From Trypanosoma brucei (Eukaryota), in assembly GCA_000002445.1 (NCBI GenBank), contig AL929603.2, forward strand, positions 160,001-224,000: DNA of 64,000 nt. Direction: 5' to 3'. The notes under the pieces were generated by a model, which saw only the letters and a program-made list of their open reading frames with translations, was not told where the DNA came from and searched no databases. A program made the translations under genes and the position numbers. Below are positions 44,418 to 55,584 of this stretch, in pieces (within the stretch, counting starts at the first letter, position 1; the number at the start of each line of letters is the position of its first letter).

Positions 44418-47400
44418 TCATTGCGATCCCATGAAATCAAGCGAAAGACGCGTACTTATTCCCATTCCTTGAAGTTCTTGAAGTAAAAGCTTGAAAGCGT
44501 AAGGGACATTTACACGTGAGACGGTATTTTTGGCATTGCAGTATGAACAGTAGCCGTTATAACCCATAAACCCACAGCAGCGGCAAATATCAATTGTGAA
44601 GAGGTCAGAACTCACAAGAAGTCGCTCATTAAGGAGGTTGGATGCGCCATATCCAACCATGCAATCTCTTTCCATTTCACCAACACGCAAACCTCCACTG
44701 CGGGATCGGCCTTCCGTGGGTTGCCTCGTCAACATGGAACGGGGTCCAGTGGCACGAGCGTGCATTTTGTCAGTAACCATGTGTTTTAAGCGTTGGTAAT
44801 AAATGGGGCCAAAGAAAACATAAGCCCGCAGCATCTCCCCCGTTACGCCTGAATAGAAAATATCTTTTCCGTGATAATTGTATCCATGCCGTATCAATTC
44901 CTCACCCAGATCCTCAGCCTTATCACCACCAAAGGCAGTGCCATCGCCGAACTTCCCCGTGAGTGCACTCACCTTTGAGCTAACGAGTTCCAGCAACTTT
45001 CCAACTGTCATACGGCTCGGGAATCCATGAGGATTCATGATCATATCCGGGCAAATGCCTTGCTCGTTGAAGGGCATGTTAACACCATCAGTGATGAGAC
45101 CCACTACTCCCTTCTGCCCGTGCCGTGAGGAAAACTTATCACCGGGCTCGGGGCCGCGAACTTCTCTCGTGACAACTTTAATTTTTTGTTCTACATCCAT
45201 TGATCTATCCGAGTCACCGGGAGGTGAGATGACCACATGATCCACAACAGCAGGCTGAGGGTATTTATATACGAGAGGATTAGGCCTTGGTTCCATGGAC
45301 GGCACGGGAGTGTATTTGTTTACCAAAATATCAAACTGACGAACGACCGCCCCTTTACTGGCAATACCATCGCTATTAAGAGCACTGTGTCTCCCAACAT
45401 TTGAATCTGCTGGAAGAATTATATCATACTCACCGTTGGGAAGCCTTTCCAGTTCCACCTCGTGCTTGCGGAGAACAACACAACGGCCGTAGCCACGATC
45501 GAGCGAACTGCGGTTGTAGACCTGAGCGTCCTCAATATCGTAACCGCTATAGCTCATAACGCATACCATCGCATTAATTCCTGCACCTAATATTTCGTAG
45601 TTGGTTAGGTTCATAGCCTTCGTCCGGCAAAGGGGCCGTTGCGGGTAAGCACCCAACATAAGTACTGTGTCCATTCTAATGTACTGATTATACGCAATGG
45701 TTCCAAGAGCTTGCTTGCCCATGGCTGACTGGAATGTGTTTCGTGCGGATTGATTGTGATGCGGAAAGGGAATAATGCCAGCGACAACCCCAAGCAGGGA
45801 AAGGGGCTCAATCTCCAAGTGGGTCGTGTACTGCTCAATGTCTTTGGGGTAGACTGCTATGAGACAGTCATTTGCCTCATTTACGTCAATGAATTCCACC
45901 AAACCTTCAGCTAAAAAATCGTTAATTGAACACTTGCCTGAACTCAAGTTATCCAAGTGTTGAGAAGTTACAGCGGGTTTCCCGTCGCGAACGACAATAT
46001 ACAACCGCACGATCCGTCCGCCATCGCAACCAATTTGAACACTCTTTTGGCGGTCATTTATCGCAATAGAAACGTGTGGATGCAGGCGGCCTGACCTCCT
46101 CAGGGTTCGTACACCCCGACACAAACGGCTCGGGTACCGGTGAATGCCCATCAACGTTCCATTGAGGAAAACTGTGTAATATTTAAGAAACTCGTTGGGG
46201 CTGATACAATCGACTTCCTCCACTCCAAGATTGTACGCAGCCGCACGCACAAACGAATCATCCATGTCGAGTGTTACCTGACTAAGAATAGCAAAGTTCT
46301 TAACCAAACCGCAACTTTCACCCTCTGGGGTATCGCAGGGACACACCATTCCCCATTGACTTGGCTGCAGCGAGCGCGGTCCACTGATTTTGCGGCTCTT
46401 TTCAAATGAAGATGCCAGACGGGTCATCATACCAATGCATGAAATGTAAGATAGCCGTGACAACACCTGCGTTATCCCCTGACGACTCATGTTAAACCGT
46501 TTCAATTCCCATCTGCCACTACTCAACGCCACACGCATTCCGTTCTGTATAACCTCCATTTTGCTTTCCATCAACTGTTTAAGATTGAATGGCTTTGTCG
46601 TGTCTTTTTTGGAAAGTAACTGATCCATTGCGGTCTTTACCACGCGGTTGTATTGTTTCAAGAGGTCTTCGAACAGGAGCCCCATTAGCGTCCCAGTTGT
46701 CTCGAAACGCTTGTTGCCGTAAAAATCACGTTCATCGAGGAGTGATGAATCCACACTCGCCTCTACCATGCGCCGAACCATAAAACAAACATACAACGCT
46801 TTGTGACGGAAGTTCCAATCACGCTGCACTTCCCCCTCTCGGATGTGACACAGAAGAACATTTGCAAGAAACTCCGCAGCGCTATCCGCCTTAGACTTTT
46901 GAACGTGTCGCTGCTGTGTTTCGTCCATTTCCCAGAAGGTCTCCTTTCGCCGTTCACCAATGAAGTGAAGCGCATCATCCTGTGTCTTAACATTAAGCGA
47001 GGCTGCGTGCTCGAAGCAGGCAAACAGTACGCTTTGAAAAGCGGGTGAAACTCCAATGTGTTGTGCAATCTGCTGGTCACTCTCCATGCCGAGCGCCTTT
47101 AATACTACTACGATGGGGATGTCTTCCTTAAAAGAACGGTGCACCATAACAATACGGCCTTTCCTGAAAGTAACTGAACACTTTGAGATGGAATAGTGCG
47201 TTTTGCTCTGCACATGTGCCACAATATCTCCGTTGTCATCCGCCTCGATAATGACACGATTCTTACTCTGCTGCTCCTGCACCAGGCAAACTTTCTCAAC
47301 ACCTTTAATAATGAAATACCCTCCAGGATCAAGTGGGCACTCCCGCATAGCAATCAGCTCCTCCCTCCCCTTCCCGTACAGGTTGCATGAACTCGATTTG

Positions 47401-47807
47401 AGCATAATGGGGATTGTCCCAATTTTAATATTGGTTTCAGTGCATATTCGTTTAGAGCGATCACGGCTAGTGTACTCCACATCCACTACAATATCGCCGC
47501 GATACGTGAGGTCCCGCGTGCGGCACTCATGCGGTGACACAGGCTTGGGAAGTTGACCCTTTCCCACAATCTCCCGGGGGCGGCAAACGCGAATACCTGA
47601 GTAGCGAATGGAAAAATCTGGATCAATGCTGCTCTTAATTTCTCTGTTTGACTCATTCAACAGAATTCGCCCCAGCTCCACATTGATAAGGTGATCAAAG
47701 GAGGCCACGTGATGGTTCAGCAGTCCCTTCATATTAATAAGGGCTGGAAGCAACGCCAACTTACGCGTGGCGTAACCCTCATCGCAACCACGGGCCCTAG
47801 GGGTCAT
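44418..47807 (-). CDS. RPC2: DNA-directed RNA polymerase III second-largest subunit (RPC2/C128-like), 1129 aa
   Basis: Second-largest-subunit signatures are present: GDKFSSRHGQKGV, CPLDPGGYFIIKGVEKVCLVQEQ, and the C-terminal zinc ribbon CRCCGFMGYNGYCSYCN. The length (1129 aa) and end-to-end collinearity with yeast Ret1 point to Pol III rather than Pol II RPB2. That collinearity includes LLPALINMKGLLNHHVASFDHL and the C-terminus VPYAFKLLLQEL. Confidence 0.8.
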   Translation of the reverse strand: MTPRARGCDEGYATRKLALLPALINMKGLLNHHVASFDHLINVELGRILLNESNREIKSSIDPDFSIRYSGIRVCRPREIVGKGQLPKPVSPHECRTRDLTYRGDIVVDVEYTSRDRSKRICTETNIKIGTIPIMLKSSSCNLYGKGREELIAMRECPLDPGGYFIIKGVEKVCLVQEQQSKNRVIIEADDNGDIVAHVQSKTHYSISKCSVTFRKGRIVMVHRSFKEDIPIVVVLKALGMESDQQIAQHIGVSPAFQSVLFACFEHAASLNVKTQDDALHFIGERRKETFWEMDETQQRHVQKSKADSAAEFLANVLLCHIREGEVQRDWNFRHKALYVCFMVRRMVEASVDSSLLDERDFYGNKRFETTGTLMGLLFEDLLKQYNRVVKTAMDQLLSKKDTTKPFNLKQLMESKMEVIQNGMRVALSSGRWELKRFNMSRQGITQVLSRLSYISCIGMMTRLASSFEKSRKISGPRSLQPSQWGMVCPCDTPEGESCGLVKNFAILSQVTLDMDDSFVRAAAYNLGVEEVDCISPNEFLKYYTVFLNGTLMGIHRYPSRLCRGVRTLRRSGRLHPHVSIAINDRQKSVQIGCDGGRIVRLYIVVRDGKPAVTSQHLDNLSSGKCSINDFLAEGLVEFIDVNEANDCLIAVYPKDIEQYTTHLEIEPLSLLGVVAGIIPFPHHNQSARNTFQSAMGKQALGTIAYNQYIRMDTVLMLGAYPQRPLCRTKAMNLTNYEILGAGINAMVCVMSYSGYDIEDAQVYNRSSLDRGYGRCVVLRKHEVELERLPNGEYDIILPADSNVGRHSALNSDGIASKGAVVRQFDILVNKYTPVPSMEPRPNPLVYKYPQPAVVDHVVISPPGDSDRSMDVEQKIKVVTREVRGPEPGDKFSSRHGQKGVVGLITDGVNMPFNEQGICPDMIMNPHGFPSRMTVGKLLELVSSKVSALTGKFGDGTAFGGDKAEDLGEELIRHGYNYHGKDIFYSGVTGEMLRAYVFFGPIYYQRLKHMVTDKMHARATGPRSMLTRQPTEGRSRSGGLRVGEMERDCMVGYGASNLLNERLLVSSDLFTIDICRCCGFMGYNGYCSYCNAKNTVSRVNVPYAFKLLLQELQGMGISTRLSLDFMGSQ

Positions 47808-48702
47808 TTCCTTTTAATTCCCTCCTCTTTCTGATGCGTAAATAAATATAACTATACCCGCCTCTTCTCCACAAATGAAAATATACAGCCGCAGCGCTAC
47901 GTAAAGAGCGACACGTACGAAGCAGGCAGGTTAAATGAAAAGTAGGTAAAAGACATGTTTGTGCAAGCTGTAGCGAAAAAGATTAAATTACAAAGTTGAG
48001 AACTCGCTCAACATCCCCCACTGTCCGCGCTTATTCATCAACTGTTAAAAAGTAATTAAATCGAACTATTTTGTTCCGTTTTTAAGGTACACAGTCACGG
48101 TGTATCATCCATCTATGCACATCTATATAACGCACAAGCAGTAGAGTGGTGCATCTAAAACCTATAAATTGTCTTGTCACGATACGTACAGATGCATTAA
48201 TGTCTCAGTTTTCTTTTTTTCCTTGCCCCCAACCCACGACCCACTCGCCCTCCACCCGACATACAAGAGATTGAAACCATCACCCATCACTGCCATCTGC
48301 ACAAAAGCAGTTGCATCAAATCGTATATGCAATTCAAAGCGCGGCGTTTCTTCATCCCATGCACCATGCTCCCAAAAAAAATGCTTCCAGACTATGATTG
48401 AATGAAGACAAGGCCGAGCAGATCCCCTCTCCCTTTCGTCAATGCAGAAGGTCAAACATAACGCACAAAATGAGTCCATCTTACTTATTCGATATAATAA
48501 GGATTTAAAGAAGAGGTTATTTTTTTAAAAAAATGTTGATAAACAGTTTCGTGTAAAGATGAAGTAGACGGTTGCGGAAAGAAGAGGGGAAGAACAAAGA
48601 CAAAATAAACGAGAAATGTTCGATTAACGCAGATGCACTTCATGGGTAACACTCCCTTAGCTAAATGACCGCACGGAAACACATGACGTCATGCGGAGCG
48701 AT

Positions 48703-50073
48703 TCAACTTGCAGCCCTCAATTTCCGTAATTTCTCCTTCAGTTTATTCTTGAGGAACTCCAATTCATCATTCTTCTCCCGCAAGCGACTGAACCTCTCCG
48801 CAGATGTTGGTTTTCCAGTGGACTCTCTGGCGCCTTCCTCCAGTTCTGTTGCCACAACATTTTCCGTGCGTTTCATGGAAACGCACGTGTCTTCCATCGT
48901 TTGTTGATGTTTTCTTTTGCGACGTGATGCCCGGCTCCCACCTTCCTTTTGATACGAGATCGGTGCTGACTCTTTTTTCCCCGCCGATACCACAATAAAA
49001 TCCACACCCAAAGGGTCCAAAGGATGCTTCTGTAGCACAACGGGCGGCACGGCAGCACTCGAAGGTTGCGTTGCATCACTTGGTACATAACAAACACTTA
49101 ACAACCCGCCGGCAATGTCATCCACTGCCTTTTCTACAGTCGTTGCCGTGCGTATATTCCACCACAAAATAACGCCATTTGTACTTCCCACGAGGACATA
49201 ATCGGGTCGAGTGTAATCAAAGTGTATAAACACAATAGCACCCTTGTGACCATCGGTGAAAGGTGTACATGTCACAACATCATTAACGCACCTAATAAGC
49301 CCAGCAGTCGGTAAGCACTGCCGTTCACTGAAGGAATAAAGTCGAACAAAAAAAAGGGAGCCCGTTTCCCCGCCGATAAGAAGCATTTCGTCACCTGGAG
49401 ACGGTCGCACAGATGTTAAAACATCACCGAGAGTTACCACAAACTGCTGTTGGCCGGTGCTCCCATCAAAGATACGGCAGCTGCGATCCGAAGACGCCGT
49501 CACCACGGATTGGCTACTGTCCAGGAATGAACACGCATTAACAGAGAGCGAATGTCCGTTGAAAACAATTCGTGGTGCCGGTGCTGAGACACCACGAGCC
49601 ACCAGTGCCGCCAGTAACCAAGTTTTACAGACAGAATCTTCGGATGCCGTGGCTATGAGTGACTGGTCTGATGATATCGCGATTTCGGTTATCCGACGCG
49701 TATGAGACCGAACAAGATGCAACAGCTCCCCGGATAGTGTACTCCATACATACAAATTGCCTTCTGCAGTGCCGACCAACAGAAATGCGCCATCGCTCGT
49801 GGATGCAGAAGCTGTCACCGCTTGAGGTGTTAGGCAACGCAATACCGGCTGTTGCATCGCTGGGGAAAAGAGAGACGCGCACCCACGTGATTGATTCGAC
49901 ATAACGACCCGAGCGGTGGGCCAATACACGAGGCCCCGGCGCTCCACCGGTGTCGTTACATATGATCGCTCCACGGTTTTTGTATCAAGGTTGATGAGGT
50001 GGGATTTGCTGCTGGAAGCGACGAACAACATAAAATTGAGGTTGCCAAGTATGGAGAGAGGCCCAATCACCAA
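48703..50073 (-). CDS. WD40-repeat protein with basic/coiled-coil C-terminus (456 aa)
   Basis: Several WD-like units are present (GNLYVWSTLSGELLHLVRSH, SLIATASEDSVCKTWLL, VVTASSDRSCRIFD). The C-terminus reads RRKRKHQQ...LREKNDELEFLKNKLKEKLRKL. Confidence 0.6.
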   Translation of the reverse strand: MVIGPLSILGNLNFMLFVASSSKSHLINLDTKTVERSYVTTPVERRGLVYWPTARVVMSNQSRGCASLFSPAMQQPVLRCLTPQAVTASASTSDGAFLLVGTAEGNLYVWSTLSGELLHLVRSHTRRITEIAISSDQSLIATASEDSVCKTWLLAALVARGVSAPAPRIVFNGHSLSVNACSFLDSSQSVVTASSDRSCRIFDGSTGQQQFVVTLGDVLTSVRPSPGDEMLLIGGETGSLFFVRLYSFSERQCLPTAGLIRCVNDVVTCTPFTDGHKGAIVFIHFDYTRPDYVLVGSTNGVILWWNIRTATTVEKAVDDIAGGLLSVCYVPSDATQPSSAAVPPVVLQKHPLDPLGVDFIVVSAGKKESAPISYQKEGGSRASRRKRKHQQTMEDTCVSMKRTENVVATELEEGARESTGKPTSAERFSRLREKNDELEFLKNKLKEKLRKLRAAS

Positions 50074-50348
50074 CCCTCAACCAGGCTAACAGACGCGGGT
50101 ATAAGGAAAGAGAAGACAACATATCATAGCATGTTTACCAACAGACAAATAATTGAAGAAAGAAAGAAAGAGAGAGAGAGAGGGAAAGGGACATAATCAA
50201 ATCACCAACTGTGCGTTTGCGAAAAGCGCCATCAAGAGCTGCTCCACCGTATCAGCATTTGCAGAAGTAACAAAAAAAGACAAAACGAAAACGCACCCCA
50301 CGCCCTGGTTGATCCACTCCGCTATCACATATTATAACAATAACAAAA

Positions 50349-50371
50349 CCACACACACACACACACACACA
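50349..50371. repeat. (CA)n microsatellite in intergenic region
   Basis: A cacacaca... run, seen directly in the sequence. Confidence 0.9.
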
Positions 50372-50591
50372 CGCATGTCTATCCTTTCTTCCACGGCACG
50401 ACGTGGTACTAGAAGGCGGAAGCTCACACCACCAGAGGAAACACAGAAAAACAAACCAAAATCCGACAGCAAACAACGAAAGAAAACAAGTACAATCCTC
50501 TCAGTACACTTACTCCGTCTCTCAATACAATTCACAAACTATTACAACCCTTTCATTCCACCTTAGCTAACAAATGACGCACCGCTTTGGT

Positions 50592-51461
50592 TCACGATCG
50601 CTTGATGTAAAGATAAAATGGCCCACTTGCTGGGCTCCACTCAACGCTATCCTCTTGCCACCTGTAGTCGACCATCTCGAATTTCTCAAATGCGTCGGGG
50701 TCTCGAGCTGCAGCCACGGAGCGGGAGTGCGGATACAAGTCTTCCATGCATAACACGCGACTTCCGATAGGTAGGGATCGCAACCGCTCCGACAAATAAT
50801 GATTTACGAAGCGAGGCATTAGTAAATTTGCGATCCACACGACACAAGAAGAAGAAAAGTAGTTGTCCTGCTTCAGAACCTTGCAGAAGTCCCCGCAAAC
50901 AATGCTCACATCCAACTTCCGACCACGGCGCTTTTCAAATACAGGTCGAAGATGCGTCCACGCCTCTTTCGCCACCTTGGCGTTGTGCTCATTGATTTCC
51001 ACACCAACGCAACTGGCGCCCGTGGCTAATGCAACATGAAACAAAACGCTGCCATTTCCGCAACCCAAGTCGTAGAAAGTATCATCTGCTGTCACATTTG
51101 CCACACGCAGCAGCCGTGCAACGAATGGAGGAAGCACAGATTTGGCGCAAAGTTCCCTTCGGCCTTTGCACGTGACCTGTCGAGACACTTGTAGCGATAA
51201 ATAGCACCTTTCAAGTTCCTTCGACACGTATAAACAATCACATGAGTGCTCTGGGCAGTGATGACAACCACTTCCATTCGGTGAGCTGCGCAACGGTAAC
51301 ACAAACGGATCACCCGGCCGACCGGTTCCAACTTCAGCCACAACTTCCGGTGAAGATGCACGAGAGCGCTTCAGAACCCGTCCGCACCCCCGCTTACTAC
51401 GATGAACACGTGCGTCCATTAGTGTCACTTCAGAACCGTAAATCGAAGAAAGACAAAACAA
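50592..51461 (-). CDS. DOT1B: DOT1-like histone H3K76/K79 methyltransferase (class I SAM-dependent MTase), 289 aa
   Basis: SAM-binding motif I is present (FYDLGCGNGSVL). It is collinear with Dot1 catalytic-core motifs: GVE, IVCGDF, CVVWIANLLM-PRFV, and a C-terminus VEWSPASGPFYLYIK resembling VSWTGKPVSYYLHTI of DOT1L. The B paralogue assignment is from gene order (recalled: chr1 DOT1B lies next to phosphate transporters, ASF1A and BRCA2). Confidence 0.55.
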   Translation of the reverse strand: MFCLSSIYGSEVTLMDARVHRSKRGCGRVLKRSRASSPEVVAEVGTGRPGDPFVLPLRSSPNGSGCHHCPEHSCDCLYVSKELERCYLSLQVSRQVTCKGRRELCAKSVLPPFVARLLRVANVTADDTFYDLGCGNGSVLFHVALATGASCVGVEINEHNAKVAKEAWTHLRPVFEKRRGRKLDVSIVCGDFCKVLKQDNYFSSSCVVWIANLLMPRFVNHYLSERLRSLPIGSRVLCMEDLYPHSRSVAAARDPDAFEKFEMVDYRWQEDSVEWSPASGPFYLYIKRS

Positions 51462-52094
51462 AACAAAGAAAATAGAAGGAATCAGAATTATACGGCGTTA
51501 TCAAAAAAACAAAAAAAACAATTCGCAGAGTGAAAGAGAGTCGCTCCCAACGTTATACCACAAAAAACACTAAACATATAAGAAAGAAAAAACAGAAAAA
51601 CAGAAAAACAAACAAGACATAAGCACTATCATCGTACGCTTCCTACTTAGTTATAATAACACATATCGATGTTAACAAAAAATTTGAGTAGACCGAAGGA
51701 AATAATCATGGGAATCCTAATAATAAGCATAAACCCCACCAACAAACGAAAAAAGAATTATACTACCAGGATTACCGAAAAAATAGACAAAGTAAAAAAA
51801 AAACTAAAAATTAGCGATAAAATCAAAACATAGGTTGCTTATAAGTATAAATTTCCGCACACAGCTCTTCGAAAACAATGACCGCTAAAAGTGTGCGGCG
51901 TAAGTTCTATTTTACTTTCTACCGACTGCTACTACTGCTACCCGCAACCTTCTCAAGCATTATATTTTGTTTTAAACACTCCCGCACATCCGTCACACGA
52001 CACCCCTCCACGCCACCGCTCAGAGCAACACGCCGCGCAACATGAGACCATAAGGTTCTCGGTATCCATGCGGCACTGGGGGCAAAAGCGGTTC

Positions 52095-52210
52095 GTGTAT
52101 GATTTAGAACAGATAAATTAAATGAACATAAACAAGAGAGGGGAATAATAAAACATAAAAAGAAAAAAGGGAAGAAGAGGAAAGGAGAGGGGGGGGAAGA
52201 AAATAATCAG
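52095..52210 (-). promoter_or_regulatory. long polypyrimidine tract on the coding (minus) strand in the phosphate-transporter/DOT1B intergenic region; candidate trans-splice/polyA signal (duplicated at ~55810-55915)
   Basis: The + strand reads gagaggggaataataaaacataaaaagaaaaaagggaagaagaggaaaggagagggggggg, so the minus strand is C/T-rich. Confidence 0.3.
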
Positions 52211-52454
52211 GACGGTCCCGTATGGTACGGACAGTGCAAGGATGAGTTGCCGTGAAAATATGGGGAAAAGCAGGACAACAGACGTGAGCGACTTCCGCCA
52301 TTGATGATCACATAAGTGACCAAAGGCATTCATTCATCACACGGACTGCGCAACGCATATAAATGCTCCCGTTTCCCGAATCCAACAAACAATCACATCA
52401 CACCGTAGGGTTACCGACGGCAACTACAGCGACTACCAGCTCGCTTCTTGTAAA

Positions 52455-54005
52455 TTACTGCGAGGTGAGACTCGGGGCATATATACCTTGTGCAAAGAGT
52501 AACGCAGATATAGCAGCCGTTATCAAAAGAGTGAATATCCATCCGAGGTACATTTTCCCAACCATCATCCATCGCACCTTGCGGAATCCACAATCCATAA
52601 TACTGATAGCCACAACAGCACCTGTGATGCAGTGTGTTGAAGAGACGGGAATACCGAAGGCGGAACACAGTGACACGACAAGAGCAACGGAAAGTTCTGC
52701 TGAAAACCCACGGCTAGGAGTAATCTTCGTAATGCGTTCCCCAAGCAACCGCATGATTCCAACACCCAGCGTCGCGAGACCAACCACTAACCCAGCTCCA
52801 CCAAGAACCAATATCCATAATGGTACATCGTTCTCTTCTACCACTTGTTGGTTGATATAAATGGAGTACATGGCGGAAAATGGGGCAATGGCGTTACTCA
52901 CATCGTTGGCACCATGTGCGAAGGATGCACAAGCAGCCGTAAATACCTGAAGGTAACGAAACACATACTCCACACGTTCATCATATATTTGCACATCAAA
53001 TTTCAATGCTTCATCAACGACACCCGGTGTGGTCAGTCCACTGGCATTATTTGCAGGGTTTTCTTTAGCTGTTGGAGAGTCGCTGGTTGGCTCGCTCGAT
53101 GGTGGGACTATGCGATTCGCAGTATCAACAGGACCTTCCACCGCTGCCCCCACTCCAGCAGCATTCTCCGATATGGCACCCGCATCTCCTGATATTTCCG
53201 GCGCGGTATTCATCCCTGTTTCAGCCCTTTCCCGCTCAGCTCTTTCAGTTATCAACCTCACACGGCGTCTCAGAAGTGGGATACAAGCCGCAGAAATGGA
53301 GGCAGCCCCAAGTCCAATGAGGGCAGCAACCCATGACGCCTTCGCAGGTCCCCAGTGTAAGCGAGCCTTAGCTCCCTTAAATAGCACAAAGAATGACTCC
53401 AGGAAAAATGTCACTCCGACAATTAATGGAAGGGCAAACAAAGCGCGGTTCACGGAGTTGGCAGGGCGCAGTACAACGAGCCGCAACAATGCATACAGCG
53501 ACGCAGCCACTGCGCCAGCAAACATTGGTGAAATGAACCATGACGCAATGATCGGGGCGACGCCAGTAACATACGGAAATTCATCGATCTTCTTAGCAAA
53601 GGAAACAGCGCCAAAACCACCGTACACAAGCGCAAAACCAATTATAGCACCCGCAATGCTATGAGTTGAAGACACGGGAAGGCTCATCATGGTGGCGAAT
53701 AACAACCAAATGAAGGTTGCACTCAATGCGCACATCATACCGTACATCAGCACATATGGTTCATTTGCAAATGTCATTGGATTCGCAATACCACCTGATA
53801 TTGTTGAGGTTACTTCAGACCCAAGAGAAACGGCACCCACAAACTCACAGATGGAGGCGAGTATAACAATTTGCCACAGGTTGAGCACTCGCGAGCCATA
53901 CGTTGTACCAAAGGAATTCGCGAGGTCATTCATACCAACACCACAGCCGGTGAGGAACGAAACGATCCCACCGACAATAATGACCCATAAGTATGGATGC
54001 ACCAT
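52455..54005 (-). CDS. inorganic phosphate transporter, PHO4/PiT family (Na+/Pi symporter-like), copy A, 516 aa
   Basis: The PiT signature GANDVSNAIAPF is present. The sequence is multi-pass and hydrophobic. There is a large central hydrophilic loop (RRRVRLITERAERERAETG...). Confidence 0.8.
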   Translation of the reverse strand: MVHPYLWVIIVGGIVSFLTGCGVGMNDLANSFGTTYGSRVLNLWQIVILASICEFVGAVSLGSEVTSTISGGIANPMTFANEPYVLMYGMMCALSATFIWLLFATMMSLPVSSTHSIAGAIIGFALVYGGFGAVSFAKKIDEFPYVTGVAPIIASWFISPMFAGAVAASLYALLRLVVLRPANSVNRALFALPLIVGVTFFLESFFVLFKGAKARLHWGPAKASWVAALIGLGAASISAACIPLLRRRVRLITERAERERAETGMNTAPEISGDAGAISENAAGVGAAVEGPVDTANRIVPPSSEPTSDSPTAKENPANNASGLTTPGVVDEALKFDVQIYDERVEYVFRYLQVFTAACASFAHGANDVSNAIAPFSAMYSIYINQQVVEENDVPLWILVLGGAGLVVGLATLGVGIMRLLGERITKITPSRGFSAELSVALVVSLCSAFGIPVSSTHCITGAVVAISIMDCGFRKVRWMMVGKMYLGWIFTLLITAAISALLFAQGIYAPSLTSQ

Positions 54006-55584
54006 GATGAAATATGGTATTCACTTACTTCTTTCTCCTTGTTTACAATAATCTTATAGCTTAAGGCCAGCACGTAACTTACTAATGCGAGTAGTTTTTA
54101 ACCCTTGTCTAAAGATGTCGAGCAGTATGGAAAGGGCAGAAAAGTATTGAGGTACTGATGGAAAATGTACGCACTTATTTATTTTTACATGAATTCATTT
54201 TGTCTTGTTAGTTGTACTTGTAACGGCACTACCTTTTGTCGCAAAAGCAACTGTTGCGGTGAATACTTCATGGACTAAATGTTATCGAGAGGGGAATTAA
54301 TGAGAACATTACGCTACGACGTACTTTACTTTCGATCTCTTTCCTTCCCTTACTTGCAACAACCACGTTCCGGGTCACGTCATTTTCTGAGTGTTTATCC
54401 ACAGCAGGTAGTATTTTTTTTTCCCCCACTCCAAAGTTTCTACAGAAATATAAAGCTGTGAAACCGCACGAGGAAAAGTGAAACAAACAAAAAACGAGAC
54501 GAGCGGTTCAGTGTTGCAGCGGTATGTGGCGGGACCGAAAGTCCCCCCTCCTCTTTTCTCCGTGATTCCTTATTCAGTAACAAGTGAAGAGGAAGTTTGT
54601 AAACATATATAAATGTAAATAAATATATATATCTGCTTTTTTTTTAATAAAATATTCATTTATTTGAAAAGAGGGGGAAGGAAGGGAGGATGATGCCGGG
54701 AACACAGTTTTAAAGTGCGGACAGTAATCCGTATGTTTTTTTTTCTGAGTCCAACACTTTCAATTTGCACAGCCGTGCATTCACCAACGCCTGTGCGTGC
54801 GCGTTTGCGTCCGCGTGTCCAGTTATTTCGCTTCATATTATGGCACCACAATAACTGCACGCGAAACACAAAACACGAAGGAGGTCACGTGTCCCTCAAA
54901 CCGATCATCCGACAACCAAGTAAAGAAAAGCACAAAAAAAAACAAAACACAGAACAACAAAATAGCAACGTCCGCAAAACAGACTGCCGTCACACACACT
55001 CACACACACACAAGCACGAAAAGAAAAAAAAGAGAGAAGTAGAAGAAGAAAGAAAGAACAAAATGAGAAGATGCAACCAACCGTAGTTTATCACCATATA
55101 AAAAAAGGACGTGCCGAGAACACACAAGTTACTTACTCCTATTTATTTTTTTTTAAATGCCTCCAGCTCGTTTCGCATCACCTCATCACCTTCCAGGCTG
55201 TTGTCGCTGCTGCCACAGTTAATAATTACACCCCATCATCCTCAAAAAAGAAAAAAAGAAAAAAGAAGAAAAACCCTGCCAGTGTTAATGTTATTACATG
55301 ACTCTAATGGCTAACAGCCCTTGTCTCTCTCGTTTTCGCATACTCATCCTTCCGCCACCCAAAACATTGCCGCATCCTACGCAAGTAACATGCTACTTCA
55401 TCCCTTGCCGCTCATTCATGAAACAACGTAACGAGAAATCGTGACGCAGCGCAACAATACAGAAGAACGGAAGGAATAAAAGAAAAAAGGGCAATGCACC
55501 TGCGATTAAATGGAAAGCAGACACTTGGTGGGAACAATAAAAAACAAAAAAAAAATTACTTACTACAACTTTTACCGACCTGCA

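Larger units (their letters stand above)
51880..54090 (-). repeat. tandem duplication unit A (phosphate transporter gene + 3' flank)
   Basis: Near-identical to 55585-57790, at a period of about 3707 bp. For example, gtgtgcggcgtaagttctattttactttctaccgactgc occurs at 51891 and 55598. Confidence 0.9.

Noticed and set aside
44418-47807. Initial call of Pol II RPB2
   Set aside because: The size and near-complete collinearity with yeast Ret1 (Pol III C128) fit better. RPB2 homologues are about 100 aa longer with a different N-terminus.
52410-52425. A single tagggtta telomere-like unit
   Set aside because: There is only one unit, and it lies in a gene 3' flank. It is not a telomeric tract.
53029-53664. 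Plus-strand ORFs (211 aa, 120 aa, 115 aa) overlapping both phosphate transporter genes
   Set aside because: They are antisense to a well-supported PiT coding frame with family signatures. They are duplicated only because the gene is.
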